NCBI GenBank assembly: GCA_040357565.1
Contig: JBDODJ010000094.1
Length of the DNA stretch: 42,693 nucleotides
Origin: Cercozoa sp. M6MM
Lineage: Eukaryota; Protista; Endomyxa: Ascetosporea
Strand: one strand, 5' to 3'
Positions 21,806-34,800 of this stretch are shown here, in pieces. Every line of letters starts with the position of its first letter. Positions within the stretch are counted from its first letter, which is position 1. The notes beneath the pieces were generated by a model. It searched no databases. It had not been told where the DNA came from and worked only from the letters and a program-made list of their open reading frames with translations. Position numbers and translations under genes: made by a program.

Positions 21806-24800
21806 ATGCTATTTCGAACTGCGCTTGCGCTCACGGGCGCGCTTCTTTGCGCGCTTGTGTCACGAGTGGCTGCAGAAGGGTACATTCCCGAGCAAGGAAG
21901 CGTTGCCATCGTGCTGAACCAGCCAGAATGTCTTCTGCAATTCTTCTCGACGAGCTTATTCGAAAAGGTGTGTTTGACCGTGTTTGCGTGTAGCGTTTCT
22001 CTTAGGTTCTGTGGCTTGCTCGATATTGATCCACGCGCGCAATTTCGTTCTCGATACTTTTGACCTTAGGATCCCTATGCCGTCGACAATGCCACGTGCA
22101 CCCCCTGGTAAATTTAAATTTACCATTCCTCGGCGATGTGCAAATAGTAAATTTATCGTATTTTCGGAGGCAAGTGTATATGCATCACCACTCCCTCTGT
22201 TGGCAGGAATCCGTATCCTAGGATTCTAAGCGTCTCCAATATGGTCGTCTCTGACTTGAACGCACAGACGGACCTCTTGCCCAACCACCAGATCACCCTT
22301 CCCACGTTCAATCCTAAGGGTGTCGCTTTGGTCGCAGCTGAGGTACAGTTTTGTGCTATATTTCATTGCATTCGCGTTTCTGCTCTTTTTCCAGAGGTTT
22401 ATGTCGATACAGGAGGCACTCAAGGTGATAAGCTACACCATGCGAGCCGAGGCCCTCGCTTCGTCTGGTATGCGCAATGAAAGCGACCCAACTCAACCGC
22501 GAAGCGTGATTGGCATCGTCGGGCCAAGCTACGCCGACTCCACCAGTGCTTCGGCTTTGGCCTACTCGGCTGCTGACATGATGCAAGTTGCTCCGTTGGT
22601 CCCTGCCGCCGATCTCAGTGATGCAAGCAAGTAAGCTGATATTCAATAGATACTTTTGGCATTTCCTTGCTTGCTTGTACATGTGTGTCACATCTGTGCA
22701 GGTACCCGTACTTGCTTCGACTCAGAGGCTCGGAGCACACGCAGGTATTCTTCGATTTTAGCCCAGAAAGCGAGACCCGAATTAACGCTGCAGGCTGCGG
22801 CAATCCTCGATCTGTGCTTGGCGGTTGGTCTGAAACGCGTTGCTCTTTTGCACTCGAACGATATCTACGGTACCGTGCCTGCTCTTTGCTACCTCGAGAG
22901 CATGTGTCAAAACTCTCTGATACGGTATTTTAGGCAACTCGTTCCACTCGAATCTTGAAGATGCCATAAAGAAGCATGGAGATCGTTCCGATTTGAAGGT
23001 GGAGTACAAGGCTGCTGTCCCGCTGTCGCGCTTTCTGTCGAAGAACACGCCTGAGTACGCCAGTGCCGAAGAGAAACTGCGCGAGCACATGCGTGCGATC
23101 AAGCAGCAGCAGCTTCGAGTGATCGTCTTGTACACTACGACTGGCGACGGTACAGACTCTATTGAACTCCTGCATGTTGTTCTAACTGGAGTATGTGGAA
23201 CATGGCAGACGCTCTTCTGTATGATATTGTCGCCAAGGATGAAACGACTGGCGGCGAATTTGCCGACTTCTTCGCATCGCATCAGCAGCTTATCATTGCT
23301 CCTGCTGACTGGCCGGCTTTCGTGGTCAGTCGGAACGTGTTTGCAACTATACACACCGGTGATTTTGCATGTTAAAGCAAATGCACAGGGACTTGCCGGC
23401 AAGAAGCGGCCCGGTACGCTAGCCCTGACGTTCCCGTCGCAGATGCACCTCAAAGACGACGACTCGCCGCTCGAGATCAAGCTGTGGTCGCGTGAGGGAA
23501 ATCCCGAACGCAAAGTACAGTTGCGTTCAAAGAAGGCGCTGCACGATGCTCTGTCGACCCCCAGTTTGCCGTTCAGCAAGCTGTCGACGGGCATTCACTT
23601 TGTTGCCGAGTCCGCCTACGACTCCATCCTCCTGCTGGCGCTCACCTTTGACGAGCTACTCGAGCGCAATCGCACTGCAACGCCAGGCAGCTCCGAGGCG
23701 ATCGAACTCGCCAAAATCCTCAACGATCGTGCGTTGTTCGGACAGGCGATGCAGAAGGCAGTCAAGACCAAGAAGTTTGTCGGCCATTCGGGTACAGTAA
23801 AGTTTGACTGATTTGGAGAGATACTAGCTTAACTTTGAAACTGCAGGTCCGATCGAATTTGATGGACTGCTGGACCGCAAGCCGCAGTACGGCATCGGTC
23901 GCTGGCAGTCGAACCTTCTGACGTCGGGTGACTTCCAGGTGATTGGCCAGTGGAACACGGACACGCACTCGATCGCTTTCTTCGACGGCGACTCTACCAT
24001 CATAAGCAACGGCGAAGACGAGGATGTCGTCGCGAGGGTGCGTGCTTTGCTTCAAGTGGACTACGCGGCCGATGCTGTGGCCGGCCAGCCCGGTGACAAC
24101 GCTTTGTTGCCTTCGGACGGTCCACGCACCATTCGGCGACTCAAGCAAGTGAACGTTCAAGCACTCGGCATCACGCTTGGTGTCATCGGCATTGCCTGCG
24201 CCTTAGCTGTTGTTGGTACTCTGACTACACGTATATTATATCTATATATGTGAGTGTGGGTGTGGGTGTGGGTGTGTGTGTAATCATCTACATGCGGTGC
24301 AGTATACATCAACATGAAGCGAGACCTTCGGTACGTCAAGATGGGCGCACCTAACATCCAAACGATTCAGTTGCTCGGCATCATTTTTGCCTTCACGTCG
24401 CTCCTGTATGCGCACATGGACACTGAGCGATTCGACGGCGACGACGACAAGGCTGAGAACGCCTGTCGCGCGGTCTTCTGGACGGAGCAGCTCTCTTTTG
24501 CCGTGGTGTTTGGCGCCCTGCTAGCAAAGGTACAGCTTTTTACCTTGCCTGGCAGTATGTGGTTTGAAATACAATGCAATACAGGCGCTGCGCGTGTACA
24601 TCATTTTCACTCGCAACGATTGGACAATTGTTCGCATCACTGATAAGCACCTGGCCGCTGTCGTGGCCTTCGCTGTCCTCGTGGCCAGCATCATCATGTT
24701 GATCTTTGACGCCGGATACGACGCGATCTATCAAAAGTTCACGCTGCTTTCGGTCGAGTATGATGCGAAACTCGACGCCAATGTGCACCTGTACTCGGAG

Positions 24801-25568
24801 GAGTGCAAGATTCGGTACACAGTCTTCAGTTGTTCTTTTCAGTGTTTTTGTTGTTGCGATGTGACGACATTGGTGTAGTACTGCCTACGATGGCTCGTTC
24901 TACGCCGTCACTTTGGGCTTCCAGTGTCTCCTCATGATCGGCGGTCTCTGGCTTGCCAACGAACTGCGCGGCGTGAGCATCCCGGCGCTCAACGACTCGG
25001 CCGATGTGTAAGCCCCCACACACGCACACGCACACACCGTTTTCCTGCCCACCTTTACCGTGTGTGCGTGTTGTGACTACAGTCGGCAGACCATGGTGCT
25101 CGTGTTTGTGATTGCGCTGCTGACCAAGCCGACGAAACTGCTGGTCGAATCTGACGATCCGCGCTCGGTGTACGTGCTGACGGTGATTTCGACCTTTTTG
25201 CTCAACTTCTCGGCGCTGGTCTACCTGTTCGCCGGTCGCGTCTTCACGGTGCTGCGCGGCAACCACGTCGTGCAGACCGGCTCGATTTCGTCCATGGGCA
25301 CTGGCCATCACTCGAGCGGCGGCGACTCCACGGGCAAGAAGGGCTCCTCCACTGGCGATGAGATCCGCCTCGCTGTCTCGCGCGAGAAAAACACGTCGTC
25401 GCGCGGCACGTCCACGACGCGTTCGACCCAGTCGTGTACCTTCCTTTCTGTCTCTTTCTCGACTTGTTTTACTCACCTATACGTATAGCCACCTCGGTCG
25501 CCTCGTCATCCTTAAGCGAAAACAAGGCCGATATTGCAATGACCGAGCTACCGGAGCCGCAGGTCTGA
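21806..25568 (+). CDS. Class C GPCR, GABA-B-receptor-like (signal peptide, Venus-flytrap/ANF-receptor domain, 7TM)
   Basis: Venus-flytrap motifs DLNAQTDLLPNHQI, VIGIVGPSY, DLSDASKYPYLLRL, LKRVALLHSNDIYG and FVGHSGPIEFD. 7TM motifs CRAVFWTEQLSFAVVFGALLAKALRVYIIF, ITDKHL and LRGVSIPALNDS (GABA-B2-like). Ends ELPEPQV*. Confidence 0.9.
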
Positions 25569-26120
25569 GCTCTGATTTCGCACAGACACACACACACGCA
25601 CACACACGCGCATCTCTCTTTCTCGTTTCATCCCCTCGTCATTCATTCCGTTCACGTCGTCTTTTCAACACTGGCAATGTCTGCGCCAGTCTGACGGTTG
25701 ACCCTCTTCAACTCGCGATTGAAGTTGCGTCGCGTCAGCGTCCACCGCGTTAAGTCAGTGCGCCCGGCAGTCCACGCCACTTACATTTCACTGACAATCG
25801 CTTTCTTGACTGCATGTATAGGAACTGCATTCATTACTGCACGATACGAAACGCGATCCCGAACTTAAGCGTATCGTAAGTAACGTATGCAACGCAATAG
25901 CAAGCGAAGCGTTTTTTGAGGCAAAATCGAACCCTCCCCCCCCCCCAAATAACCCTTTTTCCCGCCTTACCCGACTTCCCCTCTTTGCCCCTTTCCTCTC
26001 TTACCTTAGCCTCTTTAATTCTGATTTGGCCTCGGAAAACCCCGCCACCCGCGAAGTCGTGAGTATTTTCTCTTTGCGTTGGTTAATTTCATGTACGTTG
26101 GTTAATTTCATGTACGACAT

Positions 26121-29100
26121 TCACTCGATTTCAACGTTGTCGTGCGAAGACTCGGTGGGCGTGGGTGAAGCCAAGACACTACCCGCAGGCGTCTGTTCAC
26201 GGCACACAGCATAACAAGCACAAAGTCGCGTCAAAAACAACCGAGAGCGGTACCCTGGCCCGTCGCTTCACGAGTTCCATTGGCGTCGACTGCGACCGGT
26301 GTTGCGGAGAGCACGCCACATCTATACAGAAGAAACATAATGTGCGCACGCGAAAAGAGGAAACAAAGCGACAGTGTATGTACCGTGATCGCTTTGCATC
26401 CAGTGTCTCCAAGCTGACATTGTCGTAGTTGTCAAACAGCACAGGAGTGGGCCCACGATGGCCCCTGCAGTTGACAACGTGATTGATAACTTGAAAACCA
26501 GACATGTATGTAGCAAAAGGAGCATACCCTGCAATCCCAGCGTGTACAGCCCACAGATGATCGACATACCCGTCACTGCAAAAGTCAAGACTCTTTTGAT
26601 GCAGCTGCCTAGTCAATACAGAAAACAGGGTACAGTATGGATGCGTGAGTCGCACACGACTGTGAATGATTGGGTCGACAAAGTACAACACGAACACATG
26701 CGCGCTCATGATCTATCGACATTCAAGTAATGCATAAACACATGAAATACACCAGCGTAACAACAGGATACCACAGTGACAGCAAACAAGTCTCCTCGCG
26801 CCAGGATCAACCAGATACAGGCTGGCACGCAACACCACCTACCAACGGCACGAATACAAATGCACAAAGCAAGGAAATCAAAAGCAAGGAGCTACGAGGT
26901 AGTGTACCACGAAGAGAAGTAAGGAATGACGGCAAACAGCGCCGAAATAAAGCCGCTGATGAATTTGAAATCAATGCCAAATGCAGCATAGCACAGCCTG
27001 CGATAAATCCAACCAGACTGAGTCACACAGATCCAAAGCAAACAGGATGCGGTGAGAGTTACCATGTGGTGAGACCGTGAGTGACCGAAAGCATAAAGTT
27101 CATGGCAAAACTACAAGCAGAACACCCCTACATATAAATCCAGATGAGTCTATGTATGCATGTGTACATGCTCTGCACGGATTGCACAAGTGGCCTTAAA
27201 AATCGCTGTTTAACGGCGCCTCTAAAACACAAACTTGGAATCCAAACATGGCAGAGAAAGACAATGTACGAGCTGACGGGGATGAGCGAAGTCGACATCA
27301 CAATCACGTTCTCCTAACTCAAGAGTAGCAACACACCGTAAAAAGAAAGAACTACACGAAAACGCAATACCCTTGACTGCAGCAGCACGTAGAGTGAACC
27401 GCAGAAAACCACGAGGTCAACAATGAAATCAAGAACTCGGATGCCTGACAACAAGTGCGCACATACACACGCAATGCACTCAATTCGTACACATCGACTG
27501 TGCACCTCCGGACACGATGTAGGAGAATGTTGTGAACACGTGTAGCGACAGAGCACTCGCGAACTGGAGAAAATACTGTGACAGGTCTCTTGCCCAGGCC
27601 ACACCTGCGGACACCGTGCAGCATGAAACAAATTCAATTCAAGGAGCAGGTTTCGAACCAGTGGTGACGGAAGAAAAAGATATCGACGACAGTGTCGTGT
27701 TCAAGAGCCAGGCAGGCACCATGCCGAGCGTGCTGTTGCTCGTGCTGTTCGGGTGAAGGTCGCCACTTTCGTTAAAGTGAAGCCTCGGCTGCTTCGCAAC
27801 CGCGGCGGTGGCAGTGTTGTTTTTCTTGACGGTGGAGTGGACACCGTGATCATCAAACAGAGCACCCCAGTTCAGTTGCGAGAGGTCCCAATCCTTCCAG
27901 TCCTTGCCCTATCGAACACACTCTGTCAGACAACAGAGACACGCAGAGACAGACGTACCTGGATGGCCGTGTGATTTCGCAGTGCATGCACAAGCGCTTG
28001 AGCACTCTGCCACTCGCGGAGATCGTCGACATTCTACAGGAATGGTACATGACAATGAGAGGCCACAGTGAGCTAACTAGGCAGTACCAACTGAAGCTTT
28101 CCAAACAACTCGGATAACTGATCGCTGTTGTCCTGTAATCGAACAAACGACACGATACGTGCACGCCATTGACAAATCAAAAAGTGACACCTCGGCAATC
28201 TGTCGCACGAGTTCGATACCACGCCAGCCCTCTTCACCAAGCTTAACCAGGACCACCCCAGTGCCGAGCACCGACGCCGAAGCCAGGCCACACACAAAAA
28301 CCGACGCCACCAGTCCATCTAAAGAGCAAGAACGTTAATTGCTACCATTGGCTTTGGCCATTCGTAGCTTGATACCGTAGGAACGCCACGGAGGAAGTAA
28401 GACGAAAACTGCCACCAACAGGAACACTGCGACCTGCAAAATGACAGTTTAACAGTCAAACTCAACAAAAATGAAAGAAAATACCGCAAAAAGTGCCGTG
28501 ACGCCCACCATCGTCCGCAGCGAAAATTGCAGCAACGGCAACTAAAACAAGATAGCTCTTTCACCAAACAAGAAATGAACTTACAGTGTACCTCGCTTGT
28601 TTGCAGCAGCAACACAGCCGTTATGAGAGTCCCAAGTGCCACCTGATGGATATACGTCATCCCATCGAATTGAGGCAACAAGGCGTGCATACCGTCACTG
28701 GCGAGCGCAAGTGTCGCGGTAGCCCGGCAAACAGAGCACGCGCAGCCTGCACTTTTCGCTTGAAGGCACCTCTGCACAAGTTTTTCGTACAAACAAACGC
28801 ATGAAGGTAAATTGCGCATACCTGAGTGAGCCTGACCTCGGACGTCCTCTCGCGTCCACAGAAGGTCTGTGCATGTGCATTTTTTGGAGACAAACGGAAA
28901 AACAAGGTTGCTTTCAGCGTACCCAGTCAAAAGCCACCAAGCGTCACGTCGCAACAAACGGACCAAGTTTATTGAACGCCAGCATCTGAACAACAGCAGC
29001 ATTTCAAAATTTCTGAAATTCCAGAACATCAGAAAGCTACACTCGTTGAATGAAGTTTTGCCGCATGTCTGCCAGCGCGTCTAATCGACGATCGATCGAG

Positions 29101-31167
29101 TGTAGCCACTTGCATACCTGTTGAAACGCAGGGTACACCCATTTTCGTCCAGATTCACTTCAAAGTACCCTTGCTTTGGATGGGTGCAGCACAATCGACC
29201 ACACAAGTGCCCAAAATATCGGAGTCACGTACGGCTAAATGTCACAGAACGCATAAAAATCAATTAAAACCCACCGTAAAACAAGGTTGTTTGCAAATCC
29301 GCGCGGACAAATAATTCAACAAAACTGCAAGAGATAAAGTGAAAAACTGAAAAATCGCGTGTTTTCGCAAAAACCGCGGCATGAGCACGTGCGAGACGCT
29401 TGCAGAGCGTGAAAAGGCGACTGAAAGAGCGAAAAAACGCCGAAGGCCACGCGATCGAAGCACTCATGTCTTTTTGGCTGCATTTGATGCCGTTCAGGTG
29501 CAGGTGCAGTTGCTCACACGCAAAGTCGACGTTCAGGCGAGCGCAGAAGCCCAACGAAAACTGACAGTGACAACAGAGCTTCCGGCTTGGCCACACACGG
29601 CGTGCTGCCAGTTGCGTCTGGTTCAAGAGTCGCTCGCGCCAGTGCTCATGTTGAGTTCAATCATTGGCGGTGCCGTCGTGAGTTTGACACTCCCCATATG
29701 CTTGAATTTCTGTGGATCGATTTGTCTTGCGCAGTTCACGATCAATTTGCAAGAAGTGGTTGCGCTGGTCCCAAGTCAAGAGCCGGACCCCGTCGTGCAG
29801 TTTGACGTGCGTGGTGGCATTGTTTTCGGCAAGCATGACAGCGAAAATCGGCCGCTTCGCGTGCGAATCACATTCTGCGAGGTTAGCTCAGTGAATGCTG
29901 AGAAATGTAAAGCAAAAATGCGTGGACTTACAGAGAAGAGACGCGCCAAACGAATACGCGATCCGCAGTCTGCGACGTGTGCTCGCTTTGAGTCAACGCG
30001 GAGCAACGAATCGCGATCGACCGCTCGGAGACCTACCGTGGCGCACGTGTTTTGACGAAAGCTCAGACACCGCACTGTCCGAGTGGGTAGCACAACGCAT
30101 GCCATCGCTGCTCGAAATGTCGCCGCGACTGCTTTTGTCATTGCGCAATCAGTTAAACGAAATGGCCTGCTTCCGCGAGCAACTGGTGCCTCTCGTCCGC
30201 GCTCGACTTCAGTCGCACTGGAGCAAACACCAGCAGCAGCATGGCACGAGGCAGCCACAATCAAAGTTTGCTGTCACAAACCAAAGTAACGAAGAAGAAC
30301 CGAGCGTGGACCAAGACAAAGAAAGAGAAATGACGCACCACGCAAGAGAAGACACACGCCCAGCGTCCAACGACGACGAGAAACGCGAAAGCAACAAGGA
30401 AGAACCGTCCGTGAGCGAACCACACGCGAAAACGAAATCACGAAGCAAAAACAAAGGCGTGGCAGCAACGAGCCAAGGACCCAGCATACAACTGGTCATA
30501 AATAACTTTGCAGAATCAAGCATTATACAGCCATTGCAAGAAGAAATGCTGCCGCAAACACAAGAGGAAACAGCAAAATCGTATGTGCCTTTCACATTTA
30601 CGATACCCTCGTTCTCACAACTACCGCCGTTGGAACCAGAAACTCAACACATTTGATTGCACGGGTATTTCAATGGAAGCAATTTATTTAAAATCAACCC
30701 TCTAAAATAACTTTGAACGAGCAAATGGGCAACGTATTTTACCTGGATGAGGACGTAGTTCCAGTACATCAGCACGCCCACGAGCAACGCTAGAATCTGA
30801 AAAATCACGATGATAGCTGCTTGCTGAAACTGAAAAGCCGCCCGTTCTGAGTCCTAGAAAGACAGACAGAAGTAAGCAAACACGTTGGAAGGGTAAGCGG
30901 CGTTTCCGCTAGCAAATGTACCTGTGGTGTTGTCGGATTGAACCACCGTGGTTGCCGTCGCGAGGCATCGGTGTCGTCAAGTGCCCAGTCCAGCGTCGAG
31001 TGCATCGGGAACCATCCCGGAGTGGTGGGCACAGATGGCCTCCTGCACTTGCAAATCGCTTTCAAGGTCAGACTGTCAGCACCAGAGGAGGGGAAGTACG
31101 TTGAACTCAGGCGGGGACTGGGGGCATGTGCTGTTTCGCGTTTCGCCGATTTCGATTTTTTTGCCAT
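26121..31167 (-). CDS. TMEM245: TMEM245-like (AI-2E family) membrane protein, >20 introns including one of 1508 nt
   Basis: N-terminal block YWNYVLIQ|PYVTPIFWALVWSIVLHPSK, middle DGLVASVFVCGL..VKLGEEG, and C-terminal HGLTTW..FGIDF..FAVIPYFSSW..HVFVLYFVDPII..HPYLTGMSIICGLYTLGLQGAIVGPLL all match TMEM245. The exons traced are in frame with GT-AG boundaries. Confidence 0.9.
29381..30656 (+). CDS. Nested orphan gene (~388 aa, 3 exons) inside TMEM245 intron 3, on the opposite strand
   Basis: Exons 29381-29677, 29735-29881 and 29934-30656 are joined by GT-AG introns of 57 and 52 nt. Basic NLS-like KKRRRPR, a beta-rich N-domain, a helical middle and a disordered acidic tail. Confidence 0.7.
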
Positions 31168-31858
31168 ACGTTTAAAACATTTACAGCAAGCACATGCTCA
31201 GCGCAATTTATTAGCCAGCTAACACTCGAAATGTTCTTAAATGAGCGCTGGTTGACGGTACTTTGTGTCCCGCGGCCGGTCCAAATCATACTGAACAACG
31301 ATCAATTTTAGGGTGCATTGTCGAAATTTGGTCATCAATAAAAAGTGAAAGCCGGCTCTGTCTCCGTTAGGAGATTTTCTGTTGAGCAGGGGAGGTTATC
31401 GATCGGCATCGTGGTAGCCTTGCTCCGTTTACGCTTTAAAAGTCACGATTGGTTCGCCCAGTTGCAACGGGCTTGTCCCATTCGCACGTGTGATCACGAC
31501 TTCTGTTTTGTGAAGACAGATCAGTTGGCTGATTCAGAGGCCTTCCTTTTACTAACCAGGTGCACGAGTGTGTGTGGTGTGTTTTCTTTAGCGTGACAGG
31601 CTCTATTCAGCCTTTCCGGTCTATTTGGTGGGGTCCATTGTTGAGCAAGCATGAAGATCCTCTGAGTTTTGTGTTTGCAGGGAGCTTGCGAACTATTAGG
31701 ACGCTCGGCCTTTCGTTTTTTCGGACCGGGTTTCTGTTGGCCTTCAATTTTGATAGAACGTCGGAACCGAAGAAAGCACCGAGCTACGAGCACAGAACGG
31801 ACGTACAAAACCCCAGATACACATACACAACAGACACACGCACACACAGACAGGGAGT

Positions 31859-34800
31859 ATGACACGAGTACTCGCTCCCTTGGCGCTCGCCGCCATTTCT
31901 TTAGTCCAAGTATGTTAGCGTCTCTCACTTTTGCTCTTTTCTCTTTGAACAGTCACATCATGGCCACGATAGGCACAACTGGGCGATGATCGCAGTTTGG
32001 CCGAGCCGGGAAATCCAATCTCACGTCGCATGGACGTTGGCAACACGGCTGCCGACTTTGTTGATAGGTAAAGCTTGTTCATACCTTTTTGTACTTTCCG
32101 TTTTTTACTCTGTGTGAGCAGCGTTCCGCGCGTATTTGGACCGGACAAATTCGACCCGGAGAACACCGAGTACATCAAGAACTTGGTACTCAGCGCCTGT
32201 CTGTTGTCTACCGTTTGAGTCTTGCTCATCCTTATGTGTTGTTGCAGGTGTTCTATGCGGCCTTGTTTATCGCCCTGGCCGTGGTGACACTCCTGCTCTT
32301 TGTGGCGCTATCGTGTCTGCGCTCGTCGTGCCAGGCCTGCGGAGGCTCACAGCCCTCTGCTCATGGGTAGACTGGTCTTGACTATATGGAGGTGATCCTA
32401 CCGCCAAAAGGGTCGATCGATGCTGTTCTGCGCACTTAGCTACTCAAAAAGAGCACGCTGGGGTTTCTTTGCCGCTCTGATCACGCTGCTCTCGGTGACT
32501 GGTATATCGGGCGTTTCTCCTGCAGAGAAGTAGAGCTATGTTGAGTTTGGCACGCCTAGGCATCTTCTCGGCTATTGCACTTGCCGCCAACGACGAGGTC
32601 AGCAACGATGTTCGCGGCGATGACGGTCTCACTAGCGTATGATCATCCTTGCTTTTATTGATCAGTGTTCGCGCGGAAGGTTGTGTTGTGACAGGTGGCC
32701 AAAAACCTGCTGACTGACACGATCAATCTGCTGTTCAACATTAACACACAAGCCGACGCTCTCCTGTCGCACGTGGATCGCACCGTCACTGAAGTGGAAG
32801 TCATGATGAACGACTGGAACGCCACGGTACTCTTTGCTTCTGTCCTTTTACTACTGTCCGTTTACCTCTGCCCCTTTACCACTTCCCTACCCCTGCTTTT
32901 TGGCAGAGCCAGCAAGTCGAGCACTTCAAGAACCAGACCGAAAACCTCACTCAGGTAACACATGTGACGTGTGACAGCGATTTTACCCAATTTCACATTC
33001 CACACGAGTGCAGGTTGCCGAAGATAACAAAGCCGTGCCCAACTCGGGCAACATGCACAACAGCTCTGCTCCACAAGACTGGCGTTGCATCCTGTGGTAC
33101 CACTGGACTTGTTGCCATCCTTGATTCTTCCTTTGTCTTTACCTTGAGTATCCTACCTTGTGTACCCTACCTGTGCAGCGAAGGCGTGCAGTACGTGGCT
33201 CCCAAGATAGCAGAGTACGTGGACGACGCGTACAAGCAGGTGCTGAACGATACGAGTGGTCCGCGACAGTCGCTCGTACAAAACGTTGTTGCTGCACGCG
33301 ACGAGGTCAACGCGCAGGTCGGCAGTTTCTTCGACGCGCTCAACAACTCGCAGAGCGATCTCGCTCAGAAGGAGCAAGACGTCCATGAGTACAGCAGACT
33401 CTTTTGTTGGCCTATGGGGTAAGGGTATATGTAAGGGTATAATGTGCAGTGTCTCGGACGACGTGGAGAAGTACGACAAGATGCGACACCTTGCAATGGG
33501 TCCGTTCCCTCTGTTTTCCCCCCCCCCCCCCCTCTTGTACCTCTCTGTGTCCCTCGGTAGGTCTGATGATCAGCATTCCGCTGTTGGCGTGGTTCGTCGC
33601 AGTCATCGGCGGCATCATCAAGAACGCGCGTCTGTTGCACATCACCAAGTGGCTCATTCTGGTACACTCTTCCTTTTCTAAACCATTGTGTCCCTTAAAT
33701 AACTTTATGTGCCCCTTGAATTAACTCGATACTTCCTGAATAGATTTCGCTTTTGGTGACCTGGATCATGCTGGCGGTGCATCTGCCGATCGCTGTCGTC
33801 AACTCGGACGGTGTGTCTATCCTTACCCCTCCCCCCCCCCCCTTTCTTACCTTTACCCCTCCCACTGTAGCCTGTGTGGAGATGACGCACCGCGAGGACA
33901 ACCTGCACGAGGTGTTCAACGACCCGGACACGGAGCGCGTGATCACGGCGTGCCTGGAGGACACGCCACTCAAGGAGGTCTTCAACGTCTCCACTGCCGA
34001 GTATCAGCAGAAACTCGACACTTTGGCGGTACTCTCTTTTTAAAAGGGGAAAAAAGAGAAAAAACCAAAATAGGGCAAGAAGGAAAGGGGCTAAAAGGAA
34101 CTAATGTTACTGTGTGACATAGGTGCAACCGACTTTTAATGTGTCAAACGCCACGCAGCAACTCCGAGTACTTTGACTTAATTAAGGGGGCGTGTTCTTG
34201 TCTCTTATTGAAGGTACTGTACAGATTGTGGAACTTCTGCATTCGACCGATTACTACGACTCTGCCAAGGTATTGGCAGTCTTTACCCCCTCCCTCGTTA
34301 ATATCTTATAACCCATCATTCTGCACCCAGGCCGCCCAGTTAGCAGTGGCGAGTGGCCGCGATCCGAACGACCCGAACGACATGAAGGCCTTCATTGAGG
34401 AGGGCGGTCTTGAGGAAGCTGCTTGGGTACACCCGTTGACATCCTTTCTCGCAATGTCGATTTGAGTATCCGCGCGGGCGTTTGTGAAAACAGAACAACA
34501 CCAAGTTGGCGCAGTTTGTCGTTGAGGCCAACGCTGTAGCATATCCCCCTCTTACACCCCCTTTACCTCTGCCCGTTACTGCCTGTGTTTCCTTTTGGCA
34601 GTTGCTGTTCCCGCAATACGCGTACTACACGGCGGCCAATGTGACGAATGCGACCACGGGTGCTGTCGTGATGAACCCACTGATTGAGGCGCCTGTGGTG
34701 AATCAGCCCACTCTCAACTCGGACTACATGCCGCACTTTGTGGTAGTCCCTCCTACCTTCTTCCCATGCTCTTTACCCTTTCCTTTCATTATCTTTATTC

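Noticed and set aside
26077-26116. 19-bp tandem duplication just after the TMEM245 stop
   Set aside because: Ordinary slippage duplication with no evidence of function.
29380-29383. Two divergent genes sharing overlapping start codons in a CATG palindrome (TMEM245 starting at 29382)
   Set aside because: The exons at 30743-31167 supply a much better TMEM245 first TM segment in the correct splice phase, so nesting explains the arrangement.
31170-31858. Small gene between TMEM245 and the prominin-like gene (TACTAAC-CAG at ~31550)
   Set aside because: Trial splicing gave only very short ORFs. It may be a 5' UTR intron and cannot be supported.
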